Shown in pieces: positions 7,991 through 18,867 of a stretch of DNA of 35,780 bases. Positions within the stretch are counted from its first letter, which is position 1. Each line of letters begins with the position of its first letter. Source of the DNA: Candidatus Omnitrophota bacterium (GTDB lineage: Bacteria > Omnitrophota > Omnitrophia > Omnitrophales > Aquincolibacteriaceae); assembly GCA_043803685.1 (NCBI GenBank), contig JAZDJU010000001.1, positions 1 to 35,780 on the forward strand, in the 5' to 3' direction. A program made the position numbers and the translations under genes. The notes under the pieces are model-generated. The model made no database searches and was not told the DNA's origin. It saw only the letters and a list, made by a program, of their open reading frames with translations.

Positions 7991-8068
7991 CGATGCCGTA
8001 CACGTAGTTCTTTAAAAGTGACGGCATCGTACTTGCGCATTGGGCGCAAGTGCGTCACTTTTAGGAAC
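7991..8068. repeat. Overlapping inverted repeats (two alternative hairpins)
   Basis: cgatgccgt/acggcatcg, taaaagtgacg/cgtcactttta and acttgcgc/gcgcaagt. Confidence 0.55.
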
Positions 8069-8207
8069 ATCGCTACTTTAAAACATGATTATTCACACTA
8101 GCTCCTCATGAGCTAGCGCGGCTCGTCCTGGATCTTGATGATCCTGGCGAGACCGCCCCGACGAGGACGCCATTGTATCGGCAGGACTTATGGATGGCAA
8201 ATCTTTC

Positions 8208-9290
8208 TCAAAAAATGGATCTTTCCTTATAAACGCTCAAAACGAGCCCCAGACACATGCAGGTCATGATGAAGGAGGACCCTCCGTAACTGATCAGAGG
8301 AAGCGGCACCCCAGCGATCGGCATCAGCCCAATGGTCATCCCGACATTGATCATCACGTGGGAGAAAAGAAGCGCGAGCACTCCCCCGCAAAGCATTTTC
8401 GCCTTCACGTCCGTCGTGTGCTGCATGACCAGAAAGATCGAATGAAAAAGGAAGCCGTAGAGGCAAAGAACGAGAAGACTTCCGAGAAACCCCAATTCTT
8501 CCCCGATGACGCAAAAAATGAAATCCGTGTGATGCTCGGGAACGAAATGAAGTTGGGTTTGCGTTCCCCCCAGATATCCCTTTCCCCAGAACCCTCCTGA
8601 CCCGACCGCGATCCGGGACTGGAGCGCCGTATAGCCGGAACCCAAAGGGTCCAGATTTGGATTGAGGAACACCATGAGACGTTTCTTTTGATAGGCCTTC
8701 AGGAATCCCCAGGCCAGAGGCGCGGCCAGAACAAGCGCGCTAAAACTTGCGATCAAAAAACGCTTTCGCACACCCCATAAAAAAAGGATCACGACCGACA
8801 TGGGAATAAAAAGAAGCGCTGTTCCAAGATCAGGCTGTTTCACGATCAAAAAAAGAGGGACCGCCAGCAAAAGAAGCGCGATACTCACTGTTTTCGTCTG
8901 TCCCTCCCAGGGATGGTGCGAACCCAAAAAATTGACGCCCGCCAGAAGCGCTCCGACTTTCGCGAATTCCGAAGGCTGGATCGCAATCGGGCCCAGCACC
9001 AACCACCTTTGAGCTCCCATGACCTTACTCCCAAAAAAATCGACCATCACAAGCAAGGCCAGCGTCAGGATATAGAAGGGATAGGAGAAACTCAGAAAAG
9101 GCCGGTACCCGATGAGAGGCACCCCCAACAACACCGCCAAACCGGCGAGGATCCAGAAAACCTGCTTGGCCTCGTAATTCCCAGGGTCCCGGTAGGACGC
9201 GCTGTAGATGAAGAGGATCCCGATCGCCGCAAGAGCCACCACGGAGAATACGAGCGGAAAATGGATCCCGTTAAGCCACCGGCGTAGCAT
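8208..9290 (-). CDS. rodA: Rod shape-determining SEDS peptidoglycan polymerase RodA
   Basis: GAQRW, IQPSEFAK, QPDLGT, SRIAVGSGG, PEHHTDFIF, PLPLISYGGS; adjacent to PBP2. Confidence 0.95.
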   Translation of the reverse strand: MLRRWLNGIHFPLVFSVVALAAIGILFIYSASYRDPGNYEAKQVFWILAGLAVLLGVPLIGYRPFLSFSYPFYILTLALLVMVDFFGSKVMGAQRWLVLGPIAIQPSEFAKVGALLAGVNFLGSHHPWEGQTKTVSIALLLLAVPLFLIVKQPDLGTALLFIPMSVVILFLWGVRKRFLIASFSALVLAAPLAWGFLKAYQKKRLMVFLNPNLDPLGSGYTALQSRIAVGSGGFWGKGYLGGTQTQLHFVPEHHTDFIFCVIGEELGFLGSLLVLCLYGFLFHSIFLVMQHTTDVKAKMLCGGVLALLFSHVMINVGMTIGLMPIAGVPLPLISYGGSSFIMTCMCLGLVLSVYKERSIF

Positions 9291-10995
9291 GCAGGTCCCT
9301 CCAGGTCTCCAGCATTTGTTTCACGAGCTTCGCGCCTGTAACGCCGCCCGACCCGCCATGTTCCACAAACACGACAAAAGCAAGCTTGGGATTCTTGTAG
9401 GGGAAAAACCCGGTCATCCAACTGTGAGCCTTCAAGGGGGGCGCCTGCGCCGTCCCAGTTTTTCCGGCCAGCTTATCAAAATCCACACGCGCCAGTTGTC
9501 CGGTCCCATAGTCCGATTCGACGACCTGGAGCATGGCTCTTTTGATCACATCAAGATTCTCCTCACGAATCGCAACCCGGGAAGGTTCGGGCATGGACGA
9601 AGGATCCTGAACGACCAGATGGGGCGCGACGACCTTGCCGTCCTTGGCAATGATCGAAGTAAGCCGGAGGATCTCGAACGGAGTCACCAGCATATACCCC
9701 TGTCCGATCGCCATGTTCAGAGTCTCCCCTTGATACCACGGCTGGTTGAAACGCGCCTTTTTCCATGCGGAATCCGGAATGAGCCCGGGAGCCATGCGCG
9801 AGATCTCGATCCTCAGCGGTTCGCCGAGTCCGAGTTCGTGGGCATAATGGGCGATCTCATCCGGCGATAATTTCCTCGCAACGTTATAGAAATAAACATT
9901 GCAGGAACGCTCGAGGGCTTCATAGAGATTGAGGCTTCCATGCCCTTCATGCAGCCAGCAACGCGCGGGTTTTGACTTCGGCCCCAATTGAAAGGAGCCC
10001 TTGCACCGGAAGCGGGTCTGGGGCGTGATCTTCCCAAGATCGAGTCCGGCAAGCGCCGTCACCAACTTAAAAATAGAACCGGGAGGATAGGCGGCATTGA
10101 TCCCGCGATCCAGCATTGGAGAATTCTCATCCTTAAGGATCTGAAGCCGTTGCTCACTGGAAGCCGGAGAAACAAAAATGTTGGGGTCATAAGCCGGCGC
10201 GCTGGCTAGCGCGAGAAGTCCGTTCGTCTCAAGGTCCAGGACGGCAATGCTCGCGTGCATCCCCTTGATCAACGCCATGATCCTTTTCTGGAATTCAAGG
10301 TCCAGGGTCAGTTGGATGTCGGAGCCCGCCTCAGGTTTGCGATCCGAAAGGACCCGGACCATTTGACCGCGCGCATCCACTTCGATCTGTTGGCCGCCCC
10401 GCCACCCGCGAAGCGTGTCGTCGAACGCCTTTTCGATCCCGACTCGCCCGATCTTGGAGTTCACTCCAAAGCGATCATGATCCATGGCCTCGTACTCGGC
10501 ACGCCCGACCGTTCCAATATATCCAATAACATGTGAGGCTGTTTCTCCGTAGGGATAATAGCGAATTCCCTCCACGCGGATGCTCACACCTGAAAGTTCC
10601 GGACGACGCTCTTCGATAAGGAACGCGAGCTCTTGAGGAACGTCTTCCTTGATCACCGCGGGCGCGAACGGATACTCCCGGCCCGAACTCATGCGACGGC
10701 GAATCTCTTTCTCAGGCATCTCCAGGATCTTCGCAAGCCTCGGATAAACCTCGGGCGTGACGTCCTCCGGGATCGCGATGACGTTATACGAAGAACGGTT
10801 CGCGGCCAGAAATCGCCCCTTTTGATCGAGGACACGCCCACGCGGGGCCTCCAGAGGGATCAGCCGGACACGATTCCGTTTGCTGAGTTCGTAGTAGTAA
10901 TTCCCGCGCAGGACCTGGGTCTGAAAGAGCCCCAGCCCCAGGAGTACCATCAGGACAAGCACAAAACCTTGAAAAAAATGGAACCGTGTGAACAT
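9271..10995 (-). CDS. mrdA: Penicillin-binding protein 2
   Basis: APRGRVLD, RYYPYG, SxxK (PGSIFK), SCN, KTGTAQ; located in the mre operon. Confidence 0.95.
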   Translation of the reverse strand: MFTRFHFFQGFVLVLMVLLGLGLFQTQVLRGNYYYELSKRNRVRLIPLEAPRGRVLDQKGRFLAANRSSYNVIAIPEDVTPEVYPRLAKILEMPEKEIRRRMSSGREYPFAPAVIKEDVPQELAFLIEERRPELSGVSIRVEGIRYYPYGETASHVIGYIGTVGRAEYEAMDHDRFGVNSKIGRVGIEKAFDDTLRGWRGGQQIEVDARGQMVRVLSDRKPEAGSDIQLTLDLEFQKRIMALIKGMHASIAVLDLETNGLLALASAPAYDPNIFVSPASSEQRLQILKDENSPMLDRGINAAYPPGSIFKLVTALAGLDLGKITPQTRFRCKGSFQLGPKSKPARCWLHEGHGSLNLYEALERSCNVYFYNVARKLSPDEIAHYAHELGLGEPLRIEISRMAPGLIPDSAWKKARFNQPWYQGETLNMAIGQGYMLVTPFEILRLTSIIAKDGKVVAPHLVVQDPSSMPEPSRVAIREENLDVIKRAMLQVVESDYGTGQLARVDFDKLAGKTGTAQAPPLKAHSWMTGFFPYKNPKLAFVVFVEHGGSGGVTGAKLVKQMLETWRDLHATPVA

Positions 10996-11033
10996 CAGCG
11001 TTTGAAACCTCTAAAAATTAAATGTCTTATGAA

Positions 11034-11549
11034 TCAGCGGAAGAGCTCGTATTGTTTGGTCGCCACACGCCCGAACCACCCATTCGCCAAAAAACTGAAA
11101 AGCGGCAAAAAAACACTCGTGTAAAGAGCCGTCAGGGCCATCATTCCGAGATACTCTCCGAAAAGGGACGCCGGAAGCCCCGCCGCAAGGCCGACGAGGC
11201 ACCGCAGGAGCTCCGAAAAAAGAACAAAGAGAAAAGTCATAATGAAATAGATCCAGGGCACCTCACGCTCCATTTTCTGGACGAGAAAATCAAGGCCCAA
11301 GGCTAAAAGAACCCATAAGGCCGCATCAAGACCGATCAGCCCGCCACCCAAAAGATCCCGCAAGAGTCCGGCCCAGAACGCAATGTAAACGGTCTTGGGC
11401 GCCCCCCATTGAAATGCGGCATAGCACACAAAAAGCGCCAGAAAACTGGGATAGACGGAGAGAATCCGGAAAGCCGGCATCACGGTCCCGTCCAGAACCG
11501 TGAGCAGACAGAAACAGAGGATCACTTTGGCTGTGGCGAGACGAGACAT
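11034..11549 (-). CDS. mreD: Rod shape-determining protein MreD
   Basis: Multi-TM protein with AFWAGLLRDLL motif, between mreC and mrdA. Confidence 0.85.
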   Translation of the reverse strand: MSRLATAKVILCFCLLTVLDGTVMPAFRILSVYPSFLALFVCYAAFQWGAPKTVYIAFWAGLLRDLLGGGLIGLDAALWVLLALGLDFLVQKMEREVPWIYFIMTFLFVLFSELLRCLVGLAAGLPASLFGEYLGMMALTALYTSVFLPLFSFLANGWFGRVATKQYELFR

Positions 11550-12322
11550 AAGACTTCCTCGATCTTGGAGAATGACACGGAGGGTTTCACAAGCGCCAAC
11601 AGATGCAATCCGTCACTATCGCGCTCGATCGCCTCGATCTTTCCGATCTGTAACCCTTTGGGGAAAATGCTTCCGACACCGGACGTGGTGACCTCCTCCC
11701 CGATCGCAACCTCGGCGTCGAGGGATAAATATCTCATTTGTAATTTATCGGTCCCGATCCCGGCGATGATCCCCTGGGCACGGCTTGTGGCGGTGAGGGC
11801 ACTCACGCGGGAATCAGGATCGGACAGAACGATCGCATGAGCCGTGTGGGACTCCACATCCAGAATACGCCCCACCAGTCCTTCCGGCACAACAACGGCC
11901 ATATCTTTTTTGAGCTTATGACGGCTCCCCTTGTCGAGCAAGATGACCTTTTTCCAGGGCGTCGCGTCCTCCCCGATCACCCGGGCGCCAATGGTACGGG
12001 TCGCAAGCGGTAGACTGAAATTGAGAAGTTTCTTGAGCCGCTGATTTTCCCGCTCGAGCTCCCGCGCATTGAGAAGTTGGCCCTCAAGTTCCTGGATACG
12101 AGCGAGATATTCCTTCTGTTTCGCGATGGCATCCAGAAAATTCCCGGATCGGTAGCGGATCGCGTAGAGACCATCCCGCAAACTGCTTCCGAATTCGAGC
12201 GCGGGTTTGGCAACCGTTGAAAAAAGAGAGTGAACGGACCGGTTTAAATGAGGAAATTGGGAAAAAGCGATCAGCACCACGACAGGGACCACGAGGAAGT
12301 AATACGAACGCCAGCGCCGCAT
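11522..12322 (-). CDS. mreC: Rod shape-determining protein MreC
   Basis: ENQRLKKLL coiled coil, LDKGS, GLVGRI, TSGVGSIFPKG. Start could also be 12343. Confidence 0.93.
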   Translation of the reverse strand: MRRWRSYYFLVVPVVVLIAFSQFPHLNRSVHSLFSTVAKPALEFGSSLRDGLYAIRYRSGNFLDAIAKQKEYLARIQELEGQLLNARELERENQRLKKLLNFSLPLATRTIGARVIGEDATPWKKVILLDKGSRHKLKKDMAVVVPEGLVGRILDVESHTAHAIVLSDPDSRVSALTATSRAQGIIAGIGTDKLQMRYLSLDAEVAIGEEVTTSGVGSIFPKGLQIGKIEAIERDSDGLHLLALVKPSVSFSKIEEVLCLVSPQPK

Positions 12323-12426
12323 GGGGGCGAATTCTCCGATCACCGATAAAAAGAAAAAACCTTGAAAAAACGAAAGTTAAAACAAGGATACTGCTTTCGG
12401 AGGGACGCTAAAAAAGAGAAAAACTA

Positions 12427-13479
12427 TCAGTATTCCCGGGTAGCGTTACTGTTCACCGACAAACGCTTCAAAAGGTGGAAATCGCTCAAATAACGACCCG
12501 TCCCAAGCGCCACGGCGGTGAGAGGATCATCCGCGATGTGAACGGGGAGCCCCGTTTCCTCGCTGATCAACTTGTCAAATCCCCTTAAAAGCGATCCCCC
12601 TCCTGCTAAAACAAGACCCCGATCAATGAGGTCGGCGGACAACTCCGGCGGCGTGCGCTCCAACGCGATGCGGACAGCCTCGAGAATGGTGGAAAGCGGC
12701 TCCGAGAGGGCTTCCCGGATCTCTTCGCTCGTGACGCTGATCGTCTTCGGCAACCCGGCGAGAACATCACGGCCTTTGACGTCCAGCGTCGTTTCCTCGT
12801 CGAGAGGATAGGCAGACCCGATGCGGATCTTGATCTCTTCAGCGGTGCGTTCCCCGATCATCAAATTGTAGGCTTTTTTCAAGTGCGAGATGATCGACTC
12901 ATCAAATTCATCGCCCCCGATCCGGATACTTTTAGCGAAGACAATGCCGGACAGAGAGATCACGGCGATCTCGGTCGTGCCGCCACCGATATCGATGATC
13001 ATGTTGCCGGCCGGCTCATGGATCGGAAGTCCCACGCCGATCGCCGCGGCAATAGGTTCTTCCACAAGATAAACCGGCGTACGAGCCCCAGCCCGTTCCG
13101 CGGAATCTTTCACGGCGCGTTTTTCAACTTCCGTGATGCCGCTCGGGACCGCGATCACCACACGCGGACTGATGCCGGTCTTGCGGCGATGGACTTTGCG
13201 AATAAAATAACGGAGCATGGCTTCGGTAATATCAAAATCGGCGATCACACCGTCCTTCATGGGACGAATGGCGGTAATGTTGCCCGGCGTACGGCCGAGC
13301 ATGCGCTTGGCCTCTTCCCCGACGGCAAGGACTTGATGGGTCGAACGGTCGATCGCCACGACAGAAGGTTCACACAACACAACGCCCTGACCTTTGACAT
13401 AAACAAGAGTGTTCGCGGTGCCGAGGTCGATACCAATATCGCTTGAAAAGAATCCTAACAATCGATCGATCAGGAACAT
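12427..13479 (-). CDS. mreB: Actin-like protein MreB
   Basis: [38 protein letters not shown]. Confidence 0.97.
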   Translation of the reverse strand: MFLIDRLLGFFSSDIGIDLGTANTLVYVKGQGVVLCEPSVVAIDRSTHQVLAVGEEAKRMLGRTPGNITAIRPMKDGVIADFDITEAMLRYFIRKVHRRKTGISPRVVIAVPSGITEVEKRAVKDSAERAGARTPVYLVEEPIAAAIGVGLPIHEPAGNMIIDIGGGTTEIAVISLSGIVFAKSIRIGGDEFDESIISHLKKAYNLMIGERTAEEIKIRIGSAYPLDEETTLDVKGRDVLAGLPKTISVTSEEIREALSEPLSTILEAVRIALERTPPELSADLIDRGLVLAGGGSLLRGFDKLISEETGLPVHIADDPLTAVALGTGRYLSDFHLLKRLSVNSNATREY

Positions 13480-13530
13480 GGGCTTTGCCTTTTTGTATCT
13501 GTTGTGTGGGCTGGCTGTTACAGAGGCCGT

Positions 13531-13559
13531 AGTATATCGAAAGCTTTTTTTACTGTCAA
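13531..13559 (-). promoter_or_regulatory. Sigma70-type promoter of the mre operon
   Basis: TTGACA-17 bp-TATACT about 50 bp upstream of mreB. Confidence 0.8.
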
Positions 13560-13606
13560 ACCAAAACGCCCTAAAGACCCTGAACGGAATGCCGTCCCGT
13601 TTCAGC

Positions 13607-14899
13607 CTACGTTTTTAAAAGCGCCCGGTAATGTTCCATAAAGGCGGGATAAGAAGTTGCGATGCATGCCGTATCTGTAACGGTGATCGTCCCGGTTGTG
13701 ACAAGACTTGCCACTCCCATACTCATCGCGGTCCGGTGATCTCCAAAACTCTCCACGGTCGCTCCATGAAATCTTTCCACGCCGCGGATCAGAGAACCAT
13801 CCGGAAGCTCCTCGACCGAAGCCCCGATCGCTTGAAGGTTCCGGACCATCGATTGAATGCGATCGGTCTCCTTGACGCGAAGTTCCGCCGCGCCCGAGAT
13901 CAAACTCTCCCCTTCCGCGAGGGCCATCGCAACCATCAAGACCGGCAATTCGTCGATCAAGGAAGGGATCTCTTCGTGCGTGATCCCCGTCCCTTTTAAT
14001 CGGGCACCCTCGACATGGATCGTCCCCATCGGCTCGGGCACGGTCTGAGTCACTTCGGTTTCGATCTTCGCCCCCATGCGCTTCAGCACTTCCAGGAGTC
14101 CGGTACGCGCGGGATTCAACCCGACATCCCGGACAGTCAGCTCAGACCCCGGAGTCATTGCGGCTCCCACAATAAAAAAAGCGGCTGACGAGATGTCGCC
14201 CGAGATCCGCGCGTGCATCGGTAAAAGCATTTCCGTCTTTTCAATGATCAGATGATTGCCGACTTTCTGGAATCGCGCCCCGGAGGCCTCCAGAAATCGC
14301 TCCGTATGGTCGCGGGACGGAATGGCCTCACGAACGATCGTTCTTCCTTCGGCGTACATCCCCGCAAAAAGAAGCGCGGACTTGACCTGAGCGCTTGAAA
14401 GTTTATTGTCGAAATCGATCCCGCGAAGTTTCCCACCGCGGATCGTGAGGGGCGCGAAATTACCGTTCTCTTTACCTTTGATCTGTGCACCCATCTGTTT
14501 CAAGGGATCGGTCACACGACGCATGGGTCGGACCGAAAGAGATGGATCACCGGTCAAGACAGCCTCAAAACGCTGCCCCGCCAGGATCCCGAGTAAAAGC
14601 CGCATGGAAGTCCCTGAATTCCCGAGATAAAGTTCGCGGCCCGGAGCGACAAGCTTTTGAAGTCCCTTCCCAAGGATCCGGACCCTGCCCGTCCCCTTTT
14701 CGTGTTGGATCCCGACGCCCATTCCACGCATCGCTTCCAAAGTATGGAGGCAATCCTCGGCCTCCAGAAAATTCTCGTAAACGCTCTCGCCCTCCGCTAA
14801 AGAGCCGAAGAGGATCGCACGATGGGAAATGGATTTATCGCCCGGAGGGGTATAGGTTCCGAGAAAGCGGCCGGGGCCTGTAAATGAAAGGGAGGACAT
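13607..14899 (-). CDS. aroA: 3-phosphoshikimate 1-carboxyvinyltransferase (class II EPSP synthase)
   Basis: [46 protein letters not shown]. Confidence 0.96.
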   Translation of the reverse strand: MSSLSFTGPGRFLGTYTPPGDKSISHRAILFGSLAEGESVYENFLEAEDCLHTLEAMRGMGVGIQHEKGTGRVRILGKGLQKLVAPGRELYLGNSGTSMRLLLGILAGQRFEAVLTGDPSLSVRPMRRVTDPLKQMGAQIKGKENGNFAPLTIRGGKLRGIDFDNKLSSAQVKSALLFAGMYAEGRTIVREAIPSRDHTERFLEASGARFQKVGNHLIIEKTEMLLPMHARISGDISSAAFFIVGAAMTPGSELTVRDVGLNPARTGLLEVLKRMGAKIETEVTQTVPEPMGTIHVEGARLKGTGITHEEIPSLIDELPVLMVAMALAEGESLISGAAELRVKETDRIQSMVRNLQAIGASVEELPDGSLIRGVERFHGATVESFGDHRTAMSMGVASLVTTGTITVTDTACIATSYPAFMEHYRALLKT

Positions 14900-14908
14900 G
14901 TAAAGAAA

Positions 14909-15127
14909 CTACTTCCGATGGACCCAGATACGGATCCGGTCGAGCTCAGCGAGGATCTTGTCTTCCTTGTCGAGGATCTCTTTCTGACGCTCCTCGATGG
15001 CCGTCAAGCGAGCTTTGACTTCGCTCAAATCACTGAGCGGGTCCGCTGCCAAAGCAAAGGGACTCGGGGAGATACTCGCCCCCAACAAGGCTGCTACAAG
15101 GACCAGCTTAAGCCCTGCTGATTTCAT
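14909..15127 (-). CDS. Small exported coiled-coil hypothetical protein
   Basis: Signal peptide ending FALA-A, then heptad coil; overlaps the upstream gene by 20 bp. Confidence 0.65.
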   Translation of the reverse strand: MKSAGLKLVLVAALLGASISPSPFALAADPLSDLSEVKARLTAIEERQKEILDKEDKILAELDRIRIWVHRK

Positions 15128-16004
15128 CGCCTTCAACGACCTGCTGTTTGGGGTTCTCTTCCACAAGAGTCGCCGCGGAGAACTTATCGTAGAGTTTTTC
15201 GACCTGGACCGTCGCGCACTGTTGACCTTGTTTGAAGACTTTCAGCCGGTCCCCCATCTTAAGACCGTCCTGCATGCCCAAATTGACCACCACAAAATTA
15301 AATTTCCGGTTCACCGTCAGAACTTTAGGACCTGTAGTCGTCTCGAGAACGGCCAAAGCACTGGCAGTCTGCGTCGCAGCACTCGAAGTCTGAGAAGCGG
15401 GTTGAACTTCTTGTTTGAAGTCCGACCTCGAAGTCGATGTCGTCGAAGAAGAAGGGGGGGGGACGCTCGTCCCTGAGCCTCCCGACACGACAGGTTTAAA
15501 AACAAGGGGGGCCTTTTCGACCTCAGCGGCATCAATCCCAGGAGCCGGAGTGTTGGAGACAGTCTGGGCCGAAAACGGGTTAAGGGTAAGATCCGCCGGA
15601 GTCACTCCACAAGCAGCCTGTGCATCCTTGGCCTTTTGCTCAAGCTCTACCATTTGAGTCTGAAGCTCCACGATCTTTTGCTGCTCGGCTTCGAGTTTCT
15701 TTTGAAGCTCTGTTTTTTCGGAAGCCACACGGCTCTGGTCGACCTGGAGTTTCTTGACCTGGAGCTGCATCGCATCGGTCTTAGCCCGGTATTCCTCACT
15801 TTTCGCCGAAAGCTTCGCGTTTTCAGCAGCGACCTGTTCCTTTTCGGACTGGACCGTGATCATCTTTTCTTTGACCTGGTCGTACTTCGCCTCAACGACG
15901 CCCCTCACAGTGCGCGCTTCGACCCAACCTTGATAGAGATAATAAGACCCGCCTGCGGCAACAACGGAAAGAAGAAACGCTAAAATGATCCCAAGCTTCC
16001 CCAT
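15108..16004 (-). CDS. Membrane-anchored coiled-coil protein with C-terminal beta domain
   Basis: N-terminal TM, coiled coil, S/T/P linker, then KVLTVNRKFNFVVVNLGMQDGLKMGD domain. Confidence 0.8.
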   Translation of the reverse strand: MGKLGIILAFLLSVVAAGGSYYLYQGWVEARTVRGVVEAKYDQVKEKMITVQSEKEQVAAENAKLSAKSEEYRAKTDAMQLQVKKLQVDQSRVASEKTELQKKLEAEQQKIVELQTQMVELEQKAKDAQAACGVTPADLTLNPFSAQTVSNTPAPGIDAAEVEKAPLVFKPVVSGGSGTSVPPPSSSTTSTSRSDFKQEVQPASQTSSAATQTASALAVLETTTGPKVLTVNRKFNFVVVNLGMQDGLKMGDRLKVFKQGQQCATVQVEKLYDKFSAATLVEENPKQQVVEGDEISRA

Positions 16005-16271
16005 AAAAAACCCTCTTCCCTGTTCTATGATCTAGATGATATACCGACTACCCAGTTGGACAATCCCAAGACACTTCCAACACCGAACGCTCTGCTGAAC
16101 CACTTTCTGGCTGAAGGGAACCCGGAAATTTTTATTCCGGGCCCCCTCCTTCCACAAGACTTTTTACAGAGACATCATCCGCCGCCGCTTCGCGAAGGAT
16201 AAGCGATGAAAAACGAAAGAGGCCTATCCTTATCTAAATTTCATTTTCAAAATGGTTGATAAGGACTGCCC

Positions 16272-16297
16272 CATCCCGCCTTTGTGACGGCGGGATG
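16272..16297. terminator. Stem-loop after the SWIB gene
   Basis: catcccgcc-8 nt-ggcgggatg; no clear U-tract. Confidence 0.4.
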
Positions 16298-16310
16298 ATA
16301 GCCATTAAGA

Positions 16311-16565
16311 CTAAGAAAGGTGCTTGCTGACGAGCTTGGTCATCTCGAACATATTGACGACCGACTTGCCGCCGAACACGACCTTGAGCGAGGCGTCCGC
16401 GTTGATGTTACGCTTGTTCGCCTGGTCCTGAAGATTGTTCTTCTTGATGTATTCCCAAAGTTTTTTTACGACTTCACTGCGAGGGATCGGCCCCTTACCC
16501 ACAACCACCGCAAGTTCCGCGCTCACATTCATCGGCTTCATAAACGCTGCGTTCGCTTTCGCCAT
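16311..16565 (-). CDS. Stand-alone SWIB/MDM2 domain protein
   Basis: SAELAVVVG...RSEVVKKLWEYIKKNNLQD..NKRNINAD..L..VFG...MFEMTKLVSKHL; AAGGAG RBS. Confidence 0.93.
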   Translation of the reverse strand: MAKANAAFMKPMNVSAELAVVVGKGPIPRSEVVKKLWEYIKKNNLQDQANKRNINADASLKVVFGGKSVVNMFEMTKLVSKHLS

Positions 16566-16680
16566 AATACATTCTCCTTTTGGTTTAAACCGAGTTCCCG
16601 CATCCGATGCCCCGGATTCGTATCCACGGCTTCACTAGGTTAGTATCCTACAATACAGTCTCAAAGACAACAATAAAGCT

Positions 16681-17139
16681 CTATTTCGGCTTCGCGAGCA
16701 GAAACTTCAGCTCTTTCATAAAGTGGCTCACGTCCTGGAAATCGCGATAGACACTTGCGAAACGCACATAAGCCACCTGATCGACCTTCGCGAGATTCTG
16801 CATGATGAATTCCCCGATAATCCTGGACGGGACCTCGCGGTCATATTTCTCCCGGATGGTCGTCTCAAGATCGTCCGCGATCTTTTCCTGTGCCGCGAGC
16901 GGGACGGGGCGTTTCTCACAGGCCTTGTACACTCCGGCAAGGACCTTGGAACGCTCATACGCCTCACGCCGTTGGTCTTTCTTCACCACGAACATCGGGA
17001 TCTCTTCGACTCGCTCATAGGTCGTGAACCGTTTGTCACAGGCCGTACACTCACGCCGACGACGAACGACTTCGCCCTCATTCGCCGCGCGCGAATCGAT
17101 CACCTTATCGGAATCCTGTTTACAGAAAGGACAACGCAT
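16681..17139 (-). CDS. nrdR: Transcriptional repressor NrdR
   Basis: MRCPFC, VIDSR, RRRRECxxC, RFTTYE, ATP-cone, AYVRFASVY. Confidence 0.97.
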   Translation of the reverse strand: MRCPFCKQDSDKVIDSRAANEGEVVRRRRECTACDKRFTTYERVEEIPMFVVKKDQRREAYERSKVLAGVYKACEKRPVPLAAQEKIADDLETTIREKYDREVPSRIIGEFIMQNLAKVDQVAYVRFASVYRDFQDVSHFMKELKFLLAKPK

Positions 17140-17154
17140 GAGATCTCTTTTCTT

Positions 17155-18420
17155 CTATTGAAGTTCCGGATAAAGAGGAAATTCACGGGTGAGCGCCTCA
17201 ACCCGCGAACGAACTTTCGCAAGGCTCGCTTCGTCAGCAGGAGCCTTGAGCGTTTCATCGATGAGCTCGGCAATGAGCTCCATTTCTTTTTCTTTCATTC
17301 CGCGCGTGGTCACAGCAGGTGTCCCCAAACGAACCCCGGATCCCTTGAAGGGCGATTCCTTGTCGAACGGGATCATGTTCTTGTTCACCGTGATCTTGAC
17401 CTTGTCCAAAAGTTCCTGGACCTGTTTCCCGTTAAAACCTTTGACCGTCACGTCCACAAGCATGAGATGATTGTCCGTACCGCCGGAGACGATCCTAAAC
17501 CCGCGCGCGGCCATGGCGCTCGCAAGGACTTTGGCGTTCTTCACAACCTGTGCGCTGTATTCCTTAAATTCGGGGCTCAGAGCCTCCTTGAACGCCACGG
17601 CTTTCGCCGCGATCACATGCATGAGCGGCCCGCCCTGGATACCGGGAAACACTGCGGAATCGATCGCTTTCCCGTATTTTTCCTTGCAAAGGATCATACC
17701 GGCACGAGGACCGCGGAGGGTTTTGTGGGTCGTCGTGGTCACGACATCGGCGTAAGGCACGGGACTCGGGTGATGTCCCGTCGCCACAAGCCCCGCGAAA
17801 TGTGCCATATCCACCATGAGGAGCGCGCCCACCTCGTCGGCGATCTTTTTACCACGGGCAAAATCAATGATCCGCGGGTACGCAGAGGCACCCAAGAGGA
17901 TCATTTTGGGCTTGTGTTCTTTGGCTAATTGCTCCAGGGCATCATAATCGATCCTCTCATCCTTGGGACTGACCCCGTACGGGATGATGGTGTAGAACTT
18001 ACCGGAATAATTCATCTTATGGCCATGCGAAAGATGGCCACCATGCGTCAGGTCCATACCCAGGATCTTGTCGCCCGGTTCCAGGAGGGCCATAAAGACC
18101 GCGATATTGGCGGAAGTGCCACTGTGCGGTTGGACGTTCGCGTACTCGGCCCCGAAAAGCTGTTTCGCGCGATCGATCGCAAGCTGTTCGACCACGTCCA
18201 CATTTTCGCAGCCACCGTACCAACGCTTCGTTGGATACCCTTCCGCATATTTATTCGTCAGCACAGAACCCATCGCCTCGAGAACGGAAAGCGAAGTGAA
18301 ATTCTCGCTCGCGATCAGCTCGATATTCTCGTCCTGACGGCGCGCTTCCGCCCGGATGGCGTTATAGATATCCGGATCGGTCTCTTTAAGCTGGGTTTGA
18401 TCGATGATGCTTTTTTTCAT
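17155..18420 (-). CDS. glyA: Serine hydroxymethyltransferase
   Basis: [38 protein letters not shown]. Start chosen at MKKSII, which overlaps rpiB. Confidence 0.97.
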   Translation of the reverse strand: MKKSIIDQTQLKETDPDIYNAIRAEARRQDENIELIASENFTSLSVLEAMGSVLTNKYAEGYPTKRWYGGCENVDVVEQLAIDRAKQLFGAEYANVQPHSGTSANIAVFMALLEPGDKILGMDLTHGGHLSHGHKMNYSGKFYTIIPYGVSPKDERIDYDALEQLAKEHKPKMILLGASAYPRIIDFARGKKIADEVGALLMVDMAHFAGLVATGHHPSPVPYADVVTTTTHKTLRGPRAGMILCKEKYGKAIDSAVFPGIQGGPLMHVIAAKAVAFKEALSPEFKEYSAQVVKNAKVLASAMAARGFRIVSGGTDNHLMLVDVTVKGFNGKQVQELLDKVKITVNKNMIPFDKESPFKGSGVRLGTPAVTTRGMKEKEMELIAELIDETLKAPADEASLAKVRSRVEALTREFPLYPELQ

Positions 18421-18856
18421 AAGCCCCAATTTTGTTAACACGGACCTCATGGCGTCCCCTTTCAAATGGTGTATTGAGCCAGGTATCGACGAGCGGAAAA
18501 ATAATATCCTGCGGCAAAAACCCGGAACCGAGGATCAGCATATTGGAATCGTTATGACCGCGAGAAAGACGCGCCTGTTCGATGTTCTGACAAAGCGCCG
18601 CGCGAACCCCGTCCACCTTATTGGCCGCGATCGCGCTTCCGATCCCGGTGTAGCAGATCCCGATCGCGCGATGACATTCCTTGCTAGCCACTTTTTCAGC
18701 GGCGGCAAAAATAAAATCCGGATAGTCGCAGGACTCGTCGGTAAAGGCGCCGCAATCGATCACTTCAAAATTCTTGTTCTTGAGAAAATCACTCAGCGCT
18801 GCTTTAAGTTGAATGCCGCGATGATCGGTCGCGATGGCGATCTTGGGTTTCATCAT
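18386..18856 (-). CDS. rpiB: Ribose-5-phosphate isomerase B
   Basis: [39 protein letters not shown]. Confidence 0.93.
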   Translation of the reverse strand: MMKPKIAIATDHRGIQLKAALSDFLKNKNFEVIDCGAFTDESCDYPDFIFAAAEKVASKECHRAIGICYTGIGSAIAANKVDGVRAALCQNIEQARLSRGHNDSNMLILGSGFLPQDIIFPLVDTWLNTPFERGRHEVRVNKIGAYEKKHHRSNPA

Positions 18857-18867
18857 GATTTCCGCCT

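Noticed and set aside
16723..17928. Long plus-strand ORFs opposite glyA/nrdR (also 19486-20493, 20951-22075, 23517-24422, 25059-25913)
   Set aside because: Explained by codon bias of the real minus-strand genes, which depletes antisense stops; no protein family signatures.
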